Part shown: positions 44,294-56,252 of the stretch, piece after piece | Layout: the number at the start of each line of letters is the position of its first letter | How positions within the stretch are numbered: the first letter of the stretch is position 1 | Origin: Pseudomonas aeruginosa PAO1 | GTDB taxonomy: Bacteria > Pseudomonadota > Gammaproteobacteria > Pseudomonadales > Pseudomonadaceae | NCBI RefSeq assembly: GCF_000006765.1 | Contig: NC_002516.2 | Direction: 5' to 3' (one strand) | Length of the DNA: 64,000 nt | Made by a program: the position numbers and the translations under genes | Notes under the pieces: model-generated | Databases searched by the model: none | Seen by the model: the letters and a program-made list of their open reading frames with translations, nothing else | Told to the model about the DNA's origin: nothing

Positions 44294-45195
44294 GGATTGC
44301 CTTCGGGTTTCGCGGATTCGCGGTTCGGGATTTCGGCCAGCCGGCGCAGGCCGGTGAAGCCATGGGGATCGTCGAGGAAGCGCAGCATCACTTCCTGCCA
44401 GGTCGCTTCGGCGAAGGTCTGCACGTGGCCGCCTCGGGTCAGTTGCAGGACCTTCGGCGGCCGCGCCTGGCGGTACAGGGCGATGCCGTTCTCGAGGGGC
44501 ACAATGGTATCGTCGATGCTGTGAAAGAACAGCATGGGTGCGCCAGAAAGCCGCGCCACCGAATGGATGGCGCTGTCGTCGTCGGGCACCAGCCAGGACA
44601 GCGGCACCTGCAGCGGCCAGGTCAGCCAGGAACCGTCCAGCATGTGCCGGGCGATGCCGCGGTAGCTCGCCGGTACCCCGTCGAACACCAGCGCCTTGAA
44701 CTGGCCCTGGCGCTGCGGATGCTCGGCCAGGTAGTGGATCGCCAGCGCGCCGCCGAGACTCTGCCCCAGCAGCACGCGCTCGGTGCCCTTCACCTCCGGC
44801 GCCTGGTCGAGCCAGGCGAACGCCGCGTCGATGTCGCGGTAGACCTCCGGCAGTCCCGGCTGGCCCTCCGACTGGCCGTAGCCGCGATAGTCGAGCATCA
44901 GCACCTGGTAGCCCTCGGCGGGCAGCCACCACGTGCCGCCGAGGTGCCAGGACAGGTTGCCGCCGTTGCCGTGCAGGTAGAGCACAGTGCCTTTCACCGG
45001 CACGCCTTTCTTCGCCGGCAGCCACCAGGCGCGCAGGCGCACGCCGTCGGCGGTGGTCAGGGTGACGTCGCGGTACTCCAGCCCGGCGCGCGCCGGAGTG
45101 ATCTGCACCACCGGCTCGGGATAGAACAGCAGCGAACTGCAGCCACCGAGGAACAGCGCGCCGAGTACCAGCAGCGGGATCAGCAGGCGCTTCAT
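44290..45195 (-). CDS. Alpha/beta-hydrolase lipoprotein (301 aa)
   Basis: Lipobox LGG-C; LHGNGGN, DYRGYG and GQSLG nucleophile elbow. Confidence 0.9.
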   Translation of the reverse strand: MKRLLIPLLVLGALFLGGCSSLLFYPEPVVQITPARAGLEYRDVTLTTADGVRLRAWWLPAKKGVPVKGTVLYLHGNGGNLSWHLGGTWWLPAEGYQVLMLDYRGYGQSEGQPGLPEVYRDIDAAFAWLDQAPEVKGTERVLLGQSLGGALAIHYLAEHPQRQGQFKALVFDGVPASYRGIARHMLDGSWLTWPLQVPLSWLVPDDDSAIHSVARLSGAPMLFFHSIDDTIVPLENGIALYRQARPPKVLQLTRGGHVQTFAEATWQEVMLRFLDDPHGFTGLRRLAEIPNRESAKPEGNP

Positions 45196-45938
45196 CCGTT
45201 GTTGGTCCTTACCTCTTCGCGGGCGCGAAAGGTGGCGTCGTAGATGCGCCCGGCCAGGCGCGAGAACGGCAGGCTCTGCAGCCAGACGGTGCCGCTGCCC
45301 TTGAGGGTGGTCAGCAGCAATCCTTCGCCGCCGAACAGCATGCTCTTCAGGCCGCCGGCCAGTTGCACGTCGTAGTCGATACCGTCGGTGAAGGCCACCA
45401 GGCAACCGGTGTCGACCCGCAGCGTCTCGCCATTCAACTGGCGGCGGATCAGCGTGCCGCCGGCGTGGACGAAGACCAGGCCATCGCCCTCGAGCTTCTG
45501 CAGGATGAAGCCCTCGCCGCCGAAGAAACCGGCGCCCAGGCGCTTGGTGAAGGCGATGCCGACCCGGGTGCCATAGGCTGCGCAGAGGAACGAGTCCTTC
45601 TGGCAGAACAGGCGCCCGCCGACATCGTCCAGGTCCACCGCCACCACGCTGCCCGGATAGGGCGCGGCAAAGGCCACGTGCTGCTTGCCCTGGCCTTCGT
45701 TGGTGAAGTGGGTCATGAACACCGACTCGCCACCGAGCTTGCGCTTGCCGGCGCTCCACAGCTTGCCCAGCAGGCTGCCGTCGGAGCCGTCGCCCATCCG
45801 CGCGGTGAAGCGGATGTCGCCGGTCATGTAGTTCATCGCCCCGGCCTCGGCGATCACGGTTTCCCCGGGGTCGAGTTCGATCTCCACGGTCTGCATGGAT
45901 TCGCCGAGGATGCGGTAGTCGAGTTCGTGGCTGGCCAT
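45192..45938 (-). CDS. AIM24/TIGR00266-family protein (248 aa)
   Basis: [26 protein letters not shown] and FGGEGLLL motifs. Confidence 0.88.
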   Translation of the reverse strand: MASHELDYRILGESMQTVEIELDPGETVIAEAGAMNYMTGDIRFTARMGDGSDGSLLGKLWSAGKRKLGGESVFMTHFTNEGQGKQHVAFAAPYPGSVVAVDLDDVGGRLFCQKDSFLCAAYGTRVGIAFTKRLGAGFFGGEGFILQKLEGDGLVFVHAGGTLIRRQLNGETLRVDTGCLVAFTDGIDYDVQLAGGLKSMLFGGEGLLLTTLKGSGTVWLQSLPFSRLAGRIYDATFRAREEVRTNNG

Positions 45939-46006
45939 CGCCGTTCTCCTTGCTTGCCGGCCGACCGCCCGCGCGCACCGGGAAAGACCGGCACGGCGGG
46001 GAACGG

Positions 46007-47302
46007 TCAGAGGATGTTCGCGTAGTCCGCTTCGATGCGGTCCAGGCTGAGGTGGTTGAGGAAGTTCGAGAAGCACATCCAGGCCGACAGCGCGTTGAGG
46101 TCGCGGAACTGCGGCGGCAGGTACTTCGGCGGCGCCACCAGGCCCTCGTCCACCAGTTGGCGCAGGGTGCGCATGTCTTCCAGGGTGGTCTTGCCGCAGA
46201 ACAGCAGGGGGATCTGTTCGAGCTTGCCCTTGCGCACGGCGAGCTGGATGTAGTTGTAGATGAGGATGAAGCCCTTCAGGTAGGACAGGTCCTTGGTGAA
46301 CGGCAGGCCATCCGGGGTCGAGCCGCGGAAGACCCGGCTGGCGTTCTGGTAGCTGTCCTCCAGGCTGTAGCCCTGCTCGCGGTAGAAGTGGAACACGTCG
46401 AGGAAATCGGCGCCCTCCTCGGCCATGTGGATCGCCCGGGTGCGATTGGTCAGCTTGCGCAGGCGGGTCGGGTAGGAGGCGAAGGCGATCACCTCCATCA
46501 GGATCGCCAGGCCTTCCTGGGTCACGGTGGAGGACGGCGGTCCCTTGGCGAGGAAGGTGCAGATCGGCTGGCTCAGGCCGTTCAGGGTGGTGCCGACGTG
46601 CACCAGGCCCTCGTGGACCTCCAGCGCGCGCACGTCGCGCTCGTTGAACAGGGCGTCGGCGCGTACCTTGATGTAGTCGGCGCCGGCCGCCGCGTCGGCG
46701 ACGATGCCGTCGGACTCGAACACGCGGATGGTGCCCTCCTCCTCGCCGAACACGGTGTTCAGCCGCGCCTGGAGGATCGGTACGACCTCCTTGGCGGTCA
46801 GGGTCTTGGGTTCGTCCTTGAGATCGCCGCGGTCGGCGATGTTGTTCAGGTAGTCGGAGAGCATCAGGCCGAGGTCGGCCAGGGTCGGATCGCCGGCATG
46901 GAAGGCGTCCGAGGCCGAGCCGTAGAGTTCCTGGGAGATCAGCCCGAGGTCCGGGGTGCCGCGCGCCTCGAGCATGCGAATGACCATTCGGTATTCCTTG
47001 CACATCCGCCGCATGATCTGCCCGACCGGGTTGAACTGGCCCAACTGGCGGGTGATGTCGCGCTCGATGTTCTGGAATTCCTGCTTCTTGGCGCTGGCGT
47101 CGAAGGCCAGCGGGCGGCTGTCGTAGTAGCCGCGATCGACCTTCGGCGCATGCTTGCCGCGGCCCTTGAGGAAGTCCTGGCGGATCCCGTCGTCCCATTT
47201 GATCGCATCCAGCACGCGGATCGGCGTCTGCGCCTCGACGATGCGATCGGACAGGGAGCGGATGATCTTCTGGTAGTCGTTCTGCGCCTTGCGCTGGCTC
47301 AT
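46007..47302 (-). CDS. QEGLA-motif (DUF1704) putative gluzincin metallopeptidase (431 aa)
   Basis: HEGLVH (HExxxH), TQEGLA and [10 protein letters not shown] motifs. Confidence 0.85.
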   Translation of the reverse strand: MSQRKAQNDYQKIIRSLSDRIVEAQTPIRVLDAIKWDDGIRQDFLKGRGKHAPKVDRGYYDSRPLAFDASAKKQEFQNIERDITRQLGQFNPVGQIMRRMCKEYRMVIRMLEARGTPDLGLISQELYGSASDAFHAGDPTLADLGLMLSDYLNNIADRGDLKDEPKTLTAKEVVPILQARLNTVFGEEEGTIRVFESDGIVADAAAGADYIKVRADALFNERDVRALEVHEGLVHVGTTLNGLSQPICTFLAKGPPSSTVTQEGLAILMEVIAFASYPTRLRKLTNRTRAIHMAEEGADFLDVFHFYREQGYSLEDSYQNASRVFRGSTPDGLPFTKDLSYLKGFILIYNYIQLAVRKGKLEQIPLLFCGKTTLEDMRTLRQLVDEGLVAPPKYLPPQFRDLNALSAWMCFSNFLNHLSLDRIEADYANIL

Positions 47303-47310
47303 CGGCAATC

Positions 47311-47862
47311 TCATTGGGTGACCCGCTGGAAGCGGGCGGCCTCGACGAACACGTCGGAATTGGCGGGATCGTTCAGGTAGGCGAAGACCTTCGCCAACGG
47401 GCTGCGCACCAGCGCGCCCTTGCCCTGATCGCTGTCGACGGTCTCGCCGTCGAGCTGGCCGGCGCCGAGGTCCTCGACGATGCGCTCGACGTCGAGGTTG
47501 TAGATCACCAGCTCGTCACCGTCGGTGATCTCGAAGCCGGCGATGATGAAGTTGCCGCCCAGGCTCTTCGGCAGGCCGGCCGACAGGTACCAGCGCTTGC
47601 CCTGGTGGGAGACGGTGAAGCCGTAGTCTTCCAGGCTCTCGGTATTGTCCTTGCTGTCCACGTAGCTGAGCGCACGGTAGACATTGCTGCCGGAACGGGT
47701 GATCTCCAGGAATTGTTCTTCCTTCCACTCGTTCTCGCGGCTCCAGGTCCCGAGCAGATGGCTCGGCGCCGCCTCGCGCGGCGGTATCGGCTCCTTGAAG
47801 GTGACCAGGCAACCGCCCAACAGCAGGAAACTCAGGACCACCAGGCAACGCCAGGCTTTCAT
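47311..47862 (-). CDS. Hypothetical lipoprotein (183 aa)
   Basis: [18 protein letters not shown] lipobox; AAGGAG SD. Confidence 0.8.
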   Translation of the reverse strand: MKAWRCLVVLSFLLLGGCLVTFKEPIPPREAAPSHLLGTWSRENEWKEEQFLEITRSGSNVYRALSYVDSKDNTESLEDYGFTVSHQGKRWYLSAGLPKSLGGNFIIAGFEITDGDELVIYNLDVERIVEDLGAGQLDGETVDSDQGKGALVRSPLAKVFAYLNDPANSDVFVEAARFQRVTQ

Positions 47863-47925
47863 CACACGCTCCTTAGGAACCCTCCGCAACCTGCGACCGG
47901 CTGGCCGAGGGAAGGTTCGGGTATG

Positions 47926-47948
47926 AAAAACCCCGCCATGGCGGGGTT
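47926..47948 (-). terminator. Intrinsic terminator after the TetR gene
   Basis: Perfect palindrome AACCCCGCCATGGCGGGGTT with a T tail on the minus strand. Confidence 0.75.
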
Positions 47949-47958
47949 GACGCTCAGG

Positions 47959-48672
47959 TCACAGGCCCATGACCAGATTCAGGTACCGTCTGAGTATGGC
48001 GCGCATTTCGTCCACGGCCAGTTGCTCGACCCCGTCCACGAGGCCCTGATATTCCATCTGCAGAATAATCGACGTCAACACCTTGGCGTCCTGCTCGGGC
48101 TGCCCGGAACCGAGCACCTGGAAGAAATGCACGGCGCCGAGGGAGAGAATCCGCTGGTGGGCATCGGCCAGTTCGCGCAGGCGCGGGTTGAGCAACGCCT
48201 CCTGGCGGAAGGCCTGCTCGGCCAGCAGGTGCTCGCGGCGCTCGGTGAGCTGGACCTGGACATACTGCACGGCAAGCTCGACGATCCGTTCCACCAGCGA
48301 GCCACGGGCGCCGGGGTCGTCGGCCAGCACCGCGGCCATCTCCTGGAGGTCGCCCTCCACGCTGCTCCAGAACGCCGACAGCGCCTCTGCGTTGCGCTCG
48401 ACGAAGAGGGCGAAGGTGTCGGTGATGAGATCGTCGATGTCCTTGAAGTAGTAGGTGGTGGCCGACAACGGCACCTGGGCCTCGGCGGCCACCGCGCGGT
48501 GGCGCACGGCCCGTACGCCGTCGCGGACGATCAGGCGCATGGCGGCATCGAGAATCGCCTGGCGCCGCTGCTCGCTGCCCTGGCGGCTGGCCTTGCGGCC
48601 CTGGTAACGAACGCTTTCGGCTACCGCGCTGGCGGCCTGCGCGGCGCTGTCTCTGGGAGCTACTCGGGACAC
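47959..48672 (-). CDS. TetR-family transcriptional regulator (237 aa, GTG start)
   Basis: ILDAAMRLIVRDGVRAVRHRAVAAEAQVPLSATTYYF HTH. Confidence 0.92.
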   Translation of the reverse strand: MSRVAPRDSAAQAASAVAESVRYQGRKASRQGSEQRRQAILDAAMRLIVRDGVRAVRHRAVAAEAQVPLSATTYYFKDIDDLITDTFALFVERNAEALSAFWSSVEGDLQEMAAVLADDPGARGSLVERIVELAVQYVQVQLTERREHLLAEQAFRQEALLNPRLRELADAHQRILSLGAVHFFQVLGSGQPEQDAKVLTSIILQMEYQGLVDGVEQLAVDEMRAILRRYLNLVMGL

Positions 48673-48839
48673 GGTGTTTCCTCCGCTCGCGGACGATGGG
48701 GCATTGTTCGGACTTTTTCGCGTGGAATCAATCGGCCGCTATCGGGGAAGCTCCGATCCCACCCGCACCTTCCGTGGTCAGCCGGCGGATCGGCGGCTAT
48801 CGGCCCCTGGCCCGGCGGCCGGGACACCGCGCGGCCATG

Positions 48840-48864
48840 AAAAAACCGCCCGAAGGCGGCTTTT
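48840..48864 (-). terminator. Intrinsic terminator after lysS
   Basis: Minus strand GCCGCC-TTCG-GGCGGT followed by TTTTT. Confidence 0.8.
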
Positions 48865-48883
48865 CCATGGACTGTTGCGGCGC

Positions 48884-50389
48884 TCAGGCCTGCGGGCGCA
48901 TGTGCGGGAACAGGATCACGTCGCGGATCGACGGCGAGTTGGTCAGCAGCATCACCAGGCGGTCGATGCCGATGCCTTCGCCGGCGGTCGGCGGCATGCC
49001 GTATTCCAGGGCATTGATGAAGTCGGCGTCGTAGTGCATCGCCTCGTCGTCGCCGGCGTCCTTCTCCTTGACCTGCAACATGAAGCGCTCGGCCTGGTCC
49101 TCGGCGTCGTTCAGCTCGGAATAGGCATTGGCGATCTCGCGGCCGCCGATGAACAGCTCGAAGCGGTCGGTGACGCTCGGGTCTTCGTCGTTGCGGCGGG
49201 CCAGCGGCGAAACCTCGAAGGGGTAGCGGGTGATGAAGTGCGGCTGCTCCAGCTTGTGCTCCACCAGTTCCTCGAAAATCATCACCTGCAGCTTGCCCAG
49301 GCCTTCGTGGCCGAGGACCTTGGCGCCGGCCTTCTTGGCGATGGCCCGCGCCTTCTCGACGTCGTTGAGGTCGGCGGCGGTGATCTCCGGGTTGTACTTG
49401 AGGATCGAATCGAACACCGACAGGCGCACGAACGGCTCGCCGAAGTGGAAGACCTTGTCGCCGTAGGGCACGTCGGTGGTACCGAGTACCGACTGGGCCA
49501 GTTCGCGGAACAGTTCCTCGGTCAGGTCCATGTTGTCTTCGTAGTCGGCGTAGGCCTGGTAGAACTCGAGCATGGTGAACTCGGGGTTGTGCCGGGTCGA
49601 GACGCCTTCGTTACGGAAGTTGCGGTTGATCTCGAAGACCTTCTCGAAACCGCCGACCACCAGGCGCTTGAGGTACAGCTCCGGGGCGATGCGCAGGAAC
49701 ATGGCCATGTCCAGCGCGTTGTGATGGGTCTCGAACGGCTTGGCCGCGGCGCCGCCGGGGATGGTCTGCAGCATCGGGGTCTCCACTTCGAGGAAACCGC
49801 GCTCGCTGAGGAAACGGCGGATGTGGGCGATGACCTGGGAACGCACGCGGAAGGTGTGGCGGGTTTCCTCGTTGACCATCAGGTCGACGTAGCGCTGGCG
49901 GTAGCGCTGCTCGGTGTCGGTCAGGCCATGGTGCTTGTCCGGCAGCGGACGCAGCGACTTGGTCAGCAGGCGCACGCTGGTCATGTCGACGTACAGGTCG
50001 CCCTTGCCCGAGCGGGCCAGCACGCCTTCGGCGCCGATGATGTCGCCCAGGTCCCAGGTCTTGATCTCGGCCAGGGTTTCTTCCGGCAGGGTCTTGCGGT
50101 TGACGTAGACCTGCAGGCGCTCGCTGCTGTCCTGGAGGACGATGAAGGAACCGCGGTTGAGCATGATCCGACCGGCCACCTTGACCGGGATCGCTGCGGC
50201 TTCCAGCTCTTCCTTGGTCTTGTCGGCGTACTGTTTCTGCAGGTCCGCGAAGTAGGCGTCGCGGCGGAAGTCGTTGGGGAAGGCGATGGCCCGGGCTTCG
50301 CGCACGGCGGCAAGTTTTTCCTTGCGCTGGGCGATCAGCTTGTTTTCTTCCTGTTGCAGTTCGTGCTGGTCGAGTTGTTGGTCGCTCAT
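48884..50389 (-). CDS. lysS: Lysyl-tRNA synthetase, class II (501 aa)
   Basis: [21 protein letters not shown]...HNPEFT and [16 protein letters not shown] motifs. Confidence 0.98.
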   Translation of the reverse strand: MSDQQLDQHELQQEENKLIAQRKEKLAAVREARAIAFPNDFRRDAYFADLQKQYADKTKEELEAAAIPVKVAGRIMLNRGSFIVLQDSSERLQVYVNRKTLPEETLAEIKTWDLGDIIGAEGVLARSGKGDLYVDMTSVRLLTKSLRPLPDKHHGLTDTEQRYRQRYVDLMVNEETRHTFRVRSQVIAHIRRFLSERGFLEVETPMLQTIPGGAAAKPFETHHNALDMAMFLRIAPELYLKRLVVGGFEKVFEINRNFRNEGVSTRHNPEFTMLEFYQAYADYEDNMDLTEELFRELAQSVLGTTDVPYGDKVFHFGEPFVRLSVFDSILKYNPEITAADLNDVEKARAIAKKAGAKVLGHEGLGKLQVMIFEELVEHKLEQPHFITRYPFEVSPLARRNDEDPSVTDRFELFIGGREIANAYSELNDAEDQAERFMLQVKEKDAGDDEAMHYDADFINALEYGMPPTAGEGIGIDRLVMLLTNSPSIRDVILFPHMRPQA

Positions 50390-50569
50390 GGTCTTGGTGG
50401 TTCCTGGTTAGGCTCTCTTGCCTGTGGAAACGGATTGCGCAACAGGGGCGAAAAGCGTAGCGAACGCCGGCCAGGCAAGGCGGGAAATGGCGAGGACACG
50501 GAGTTCACGATCGTAAAAAACGAGCAGTCCGAACCATTTTCCAACGCGGCCTGGCCAGGCGCAGCAGCT

Positions 50570-51665
50570 TTACAGCCCCTGTTTGAGGCTGGCTTCGAGG
50601 TATTCGTCTAGATCGCCGTCGAGCACCTTGTCGCAGTCGCTGCGCTCGATACCGGTACGCAGGTCCTTGATCCGCGACTGGTCGAGCACGTAGGAGCGGA
50701 TCTGGTGGCCCCAGCCGATGTCGGACTTGGAGTCCTCCAGGGCCTGGGACGCGGCGGTACGCTTCTGCATTTCCAGCTCGTACAACTTGGCCCGCAGCAT
50801 CTTCATCGCGGTGTCCTTGTTGGCGTGCTGGGAGCGTTCGTTCTGGCACGCCACCACGGTATTGGTCGGCACGTGGGTGATCCGCACCGCCGAATCGGTG
50901 GTGTTCACGTGCTGACCGCCCGCGCCGGAGGAGCGGTAGGTATCGATGCGCAGGTCGGCCGGGTTGATCTCGATCTCGATGTTGTCGTCGATTTCCGGCG
51001 ATACGAACACCGCGGTGAACGAGGTGTGGCGACGGTTGCCGGAGTCGAACGGACTCTTGCGCACCAGGCGGTGCACGCCGATCTCGGTGCGCAGCCAGCC
51101 GAAGGCGTACTCGCCCTTGATGTGCACGGTGGCGCCCTTGATGCCGGCGACCTCGCCCTCGGACAGCTCGATGATAGTGGCGTCGAAGCCGTGCTTGTCG
51201 GCCCAGCGCAGGTACATGCGCAGCAGCATGTTGGCCCAGTCCTGGGCCTCGGTGCCGCCGGAGCCGGCCTGGATGTCCAGGTAGGCGTTGTTCGGGTCCA
51301 TCTCGCCGCTGAACATGCGGCGGAACTCCAGCTTCTCGAGGATCTCGCGCAGACGCTCGACTTCGTTGGCAACGTCGTCGACGGCGCCCTCGTCGTCTTC
51401 CTCGACCGCCATGTCCAGCAGGTCGCGGGAGTCGGCCAGGCCGCTGGTCAGGTCGTCCAGGGTTTCCACCACCTGCGCCAGCTGGGCGCGCTCGCGGCCG
51501 AGGTTCTGGGCGTATTCGGGGTTGTTCCAGACGTTGGGGTCTTCGAGCTCGCGGTTTACTTCGACCAGGCGATCATGCTTCTGATCGTAGTCAAAGATAC
51601 CCCCGAATGGTCTGGGTGCGCTCGGAGAGGTCCTTGATGCTGTTGAGGATCGGGTTGATTTCCAT
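50570..51665 (-). CDS. prfB: Peptide chain release factor 2 with programmed +1 frameshift (24 + 340 = 364 aa)
   Basis: ORF1 MEINPIL...RGYL ends CTT TGA C (51596-51590) after GGGGG TAT; the +1 frame continues DYDQKHDRL to the SPF and GGQ motifs. Confidence 0.97.
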
Positions 51666-51787
51666 GGCTGGCGCTCACTCGCGGGAAAACGTCGAAAAGC
51701 TGCGAAGTATACTGCACTTGCGCCCCACAGGCAGTACGCCGGCCTCTATTTAATGCCGGCCGGCGACGCATGGCCGCCGCGCGCCGC

Positions 51788-52906
<1,119 letters not shown>

Positions 52907-52938
52907 CTACCCTGGCGCCTGGCCGGAGTCGAACCCGG

Positions 52939-53946
52939 CTAATCGAATACCTCCGCCAGGCGCGGGGCGATCTTTTCCAGGGAAAGGATCTGCACCGCTG
53001 CATCGATCGCCGCCGCGGCCTTCGGCATCCCGTAGACTGCGCAACTGGCCTGGTCCTGGGCGATGGTGAGGAAACCGCGCTCGCGCATCTGCTTGAGGCC
53101 CTGGGCGCCGTCGCGGCCCATGCCGGTCAGCAGCACGCCCACGGCATCGCCACGCCAATAATTCGCCACGCTCTCGAAAAACACGTCGATGGACGGCCGG
53201 TAGACGAAAGAACGCGGTTCGGCGGTGTACACCAGCGAACCGTTGCGCAGCAGGCGGATGTGATTGTTGGTCCCCGCCAGCAGGATCTGCCCCGGTATCG
53301 GCGGCTCGCCATCGCGCGCCAGGCGCACCGGCAGCTTCGATTCGCTGGCCAGCCATTCGGCCATGCCGGCGGCGAATACCTCGTCGACATGCTGCACCAG
53401 CACCACTGCGGCATTGAAACTGGCCGGCAGTTGCTTGAGCAACACCGCGAGCGACGCCGGACCGCCAGCCGAAGCGCCGATCGCCACCAGACGCTGGCGC
53501 GCCCCGCCGGCCTTCGGCGGCACCACCTGGACCTTGCCACGGTTATCGCGCTGGCCGATCAGCCAGCCGACGTTCTGAATCTTGCGCAACAACGGCGCCG
53601 CCGCCGTTTGCGGGTTGCCGATGCCCAGCGCCGGCGTGTTCACCGCATCGAGCGCCCCATATCCCATCGCTTCGAAAACCCGGTGCACATTCTGCTCGAT
53701 ATCGACGGTAACAATCACGATCGCGCAAGGACTTTCCGCCATGATCCGACGAGTTGCCTCGACGCCGTCCATCACCGGCATGAGCAGGTCCATCAGCACC
53801 ACGTCGGGCGTATCGGCGGCGCACTGGGTCACCGCCTCGGCACCGTTGCTGGCGACCCAGACGATCTGGTGCTGCGGCTCGAAGGCCAGCGCGCGGCGCA
53901 GCGCCTCGACGGCCAACGGCATGTCATTGACGATTCCGATCCTCAA
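52939..53946 (-). CDS. wspF: CheB-type methylesterase WspF (335 aa)
   Basis: REC domain plus GASAGG, VQHV and LTGMGRDG catalytic motifs; frame intact. Confidence 0.96.
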   Translation of the reverse strand: MRIGIVNDMPLAVEALRRALAFEPQHQIVWVASNGAEAVTQCAADTPDVVLMDLLMPVMDGVEATRRIMAESPCAIVIVTVDIEQNVHRVFEAMGYGALDAVNTPALGIGNPQTAAAPLLRKIQNVGWLIGQRDNRGKVQVVPPKAGGARQRLVAIGASAGGPASLAVLLKQLPASFNAAVVLVQHVDEVFAAGMAEWLASESKLPVRLARDGEPPIPGQILLAGTNNHIRLLRNGSLVYTAEPRSFVYRPSIDVFFESVANYWRGDAVGVLLTGMGRDGAQGLKQMRERGFLTIAQDQASCAVYGMPKAAAAIDAAVQILSLEKIAPRLAEVFD

Positions 53947-56252
53947 CCCTGTGCTTCTCCGATCAGGACGACGACGGCATCCAGCAAGGCCTCATCGTGG
54001 AAACTGGCCTTCGCCAGATAATAGTCGGCGCCGGCGTCGAGACCGCGCCGACGGTCCTCCTCACGATCCTTGTAGGACACCACCATCACCGGCAGCGACT
54101 GCAGGCGGCTGTCGCGACGCACCAGGGTGACCAGTTCGATACCGTCCATGCGCGGCATGTCGATATCGGTGATGAGCAGGTCGAAATGCTCCGAGCGCAG
54201 GGCGTTCCAGCCGTCCATGCCATCCACCGCCACTGCCACGTCGTAGCCGCGGCCGAGCAGGAGCTTGCGTTCCAGCTCACGCACCGTGAGCGAGTCGTCG
54301 ACCACCAGGATGCGCTTGCGTTGCGCCCCGCCGGCCTGCCGCCGGCTGCGATCGATGCGCTCCAGGCGGCCGCTGCTGAGCAGCTTGCCGACCGAATGCA
54401 GGAGGTCCTCGACGTCCAGGATCAGCACCGGCGAACCGTCGTCCAGCAAGGCGCCGGCGGAAACGTCGCGCACCTTGCCCAGGCGGGGATCGAGAGGCAT
54501 CACCACCAGGGTACGCTCGCCGACGAAACGCTCCACGGCGACGCCGTAGACCGCATCGCGGTCGCGCACCACCACTACCGGGATGGCCCCTTCGGTGCGG
54601 CTGCTCTCGGGCCGCTGCAGCAGTTGCGCAGCCGAGACCAGGCCGACATGGCGACCCTCGTACCAGAAGTGCTGGCGACCTTCGAGCTGGACGATCTCCT
54701 CCGCTTCCAGCTCGCACATGCGCTCGATGTGCGCCAGCGGGAAGGCGTAGGCCTCCTCGCCGATCTCCACCACCAGGCTGCGCACCACGGACAGGGTCAG
54801 CGGCACCTCGACGTGAAACAGCGCTCCCTGCCCCTGGCGTTGCTCCATGCGCACGCCGCCGCGCAACTGGCGGACCATGTGCTGCACGGCGTCCAGTCCG
54901 ACGCCGCGACCGGACACCTCGGTGACCTGCTCGCGCATGCTGAAGCCGGGCAGGAAGAGAAACGCCAGGAGTTCCTCCTCGCTCAGTTGCGCCACGGTCT
55001 CGGCGGTGGCGAACTGGCGATTGAGCACGGTCTCGCGCAGGCGCTGCAGATCGATGCCGCCGCCGTCGTCGCTCAGTTCCAGGACCAGCATGCCGGCGTG
55101 GTGGCGGGCGCGGATGGTGATCCTGCCCTCGGCCGGCTTGCCGGCGGCGAGGCGGGTTTCCGGCGCCTCGATACCGTGATCGACGGCATTGCGTAGCAGG
55201 TGGGTGAGCGGCGCTTCGAGTTTTTCCAGGACATCCCGGTCGACCTGGGTGCTTTCGCCCTCGACCAGCAGGCGCACCTGCTTGCCCAGCGAGCGGCCCA
55301 GGTCGCGAACCATCCGCGCCTGGCCGCTAAGGACGTCGGCGAATGGCCGCATCCGCGAGGCCAGCGCCGCGTCGTAGAGCACCTGGGCACGCTGGCCGCC
55401 CTGCCAGGCGAACTCGTCGAGATCGGCGATGTGCTGCACCAGCATCTGCTGGCATTCGCCAATCAGTTGCCGCGCCTCGCCGAGCATGGCCTGGGCCTGC
55501 GGGTCGAGGGCGGTTTCCTGGACCGTCTCGCGTACCACGTCGAGCGCGCGGCTGGCGCTGGACTGCAGGCGACGCAGGCGTTGCAGGGAATCGGCCAGCG
55601 GCTTGATGCGCTGGAACTCCACCAGCGACTTGCTGGAGATATCCAGCAGCCGGTCCAGGCGTTCGGCGGTGACCCGCAGGACCCGGCTGCGGCGCTCCTC
55701 GGCCTGTTCGCCGCCCGCCTGCCCGGCGGGCTCCTCGTCGTTGTCGTCGCTGGCGGCCGCTGACGCCGCTGGCGGCGCCTCGGGGACCGCTTCCGGCAGA
55801 CCGGGAGTCGTCGCCGGCAGCTCCGCGCGGGCCAGCGGCAGGCCGCTGCGCACCAGGCCTTCGAGGCGCAGCACCAGGCCGTCGATCTCTTCCCGCCCGG
55901 CGCCTTCGGCCCAGCCTGCGTCGCCGGCTGGCGGGGTGCCGATACGCAGCAACAGGTCGCAGCCCTGGAGCAACGCATCGATATGTTCCGATTGCAGGAG
56001 CAGGCGTCCGTCCTGCGCCTCCACCAGGCAATCCTCCATGACGTGCGCCACGCGCACGCCGGCGTCCAGCCCGACGATACGCGCCGCGCCTTTCAGCGAG
56101 TGCGCGGCGCGCATGCAGGCTTCCAGTTGGTCGGCCTGGGTCGGGCTGCGCTCCAGCGCCATCAGGCCGGCGTTGAGCACCTGGGTCTGGGCCTCCGCCT
56201 CGAGCCGGAACAGCTCGAGCAGCGACGCGTCTCTCATCTGGTCCGGGGTCAT
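53943..56252 (-). CDS. wspE: CheA-like hybrid histidine kinase WspE (769 aa)
   Basis: Hpt (AHSLKGAA), HLLRNAVDHG, GRGVGLD, CheW-like and REC domains. Confidence 0.96.
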   Translation of the reverse strand: MTPDQMRDASLLELFRLEAEAQTQVLNAGLMALERSPTQADQLEACMRAAHSLKGAARIVGLDAGVRVAHVMEDCLVEAQDGRLLLQSEHIDALLQGCDLLLRIGTPPAGDAGWAEGAGREEIDGLVLRLEGLVRSGLPLARAELPATTPGLPEAVPEAPPAASAAASDDNDEEPAGQAGGEQAEERRSRVLRVTAERLDRLLDISSKSLVEFQRIKPLADSLQRLRRLQSSASRALDVVRETVQETALDPQAQAMLGEARQLIGECQQMLVQHIADLDEFAWQGGQRAQVLYDAALASRMRPFADVLSGQARMVRDLGRSLGKQVRLLVEGESTQVDRDVLEKLEAPLTHLLRNAVDHGIEAPETRLAAGKPAEGRITIRARHHAGMLVLELSDDGGGIDLQRLRETVLNRQFATAETVAQLSEEELLAFLFLPGFSMREQVTEVSGRGVGLDAVQHMVRQLRGGVRMEQRQGQGALFHVEVPLTLSVVRSLVVEIGEEAYAFPLAHIERMCELEAEEIVQLEGRQHFWYEGRHVGLVSAAQLLQRPESSRTEGAIPVVVVRDRDAVYGVAVERFVGERTLVVMPLDPRLGKVRDVSAGALLDDGSPVLILDVEDLLHSVGKLLSSGRLERIDRSRRQAGGAQRKRILVVDDSLTVRELERKLLLGRGYDVAVAVDGMDGWNALRSEHFDLLITDIDMPRMDGIELVTLVRRDSRLQSLPVMVVSYKDREEDRRRGLDAGADYYLAKASFHDEALLDAVVVLIGEAQG

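Noticed and set aside
45192-47198. 668-aa ORF suggesting a QEGLA-AIM24 fusion
   Set aside because: The upstream part is an off-frame of the QEGLA gene; both genes have their own starts and stops
50570-51665. prfB as a frameshifted pseudogene or sequencing error
   Set aside because: The break is the canonical CTT-TGA-C programmed frameshift with its upstream SD-like element
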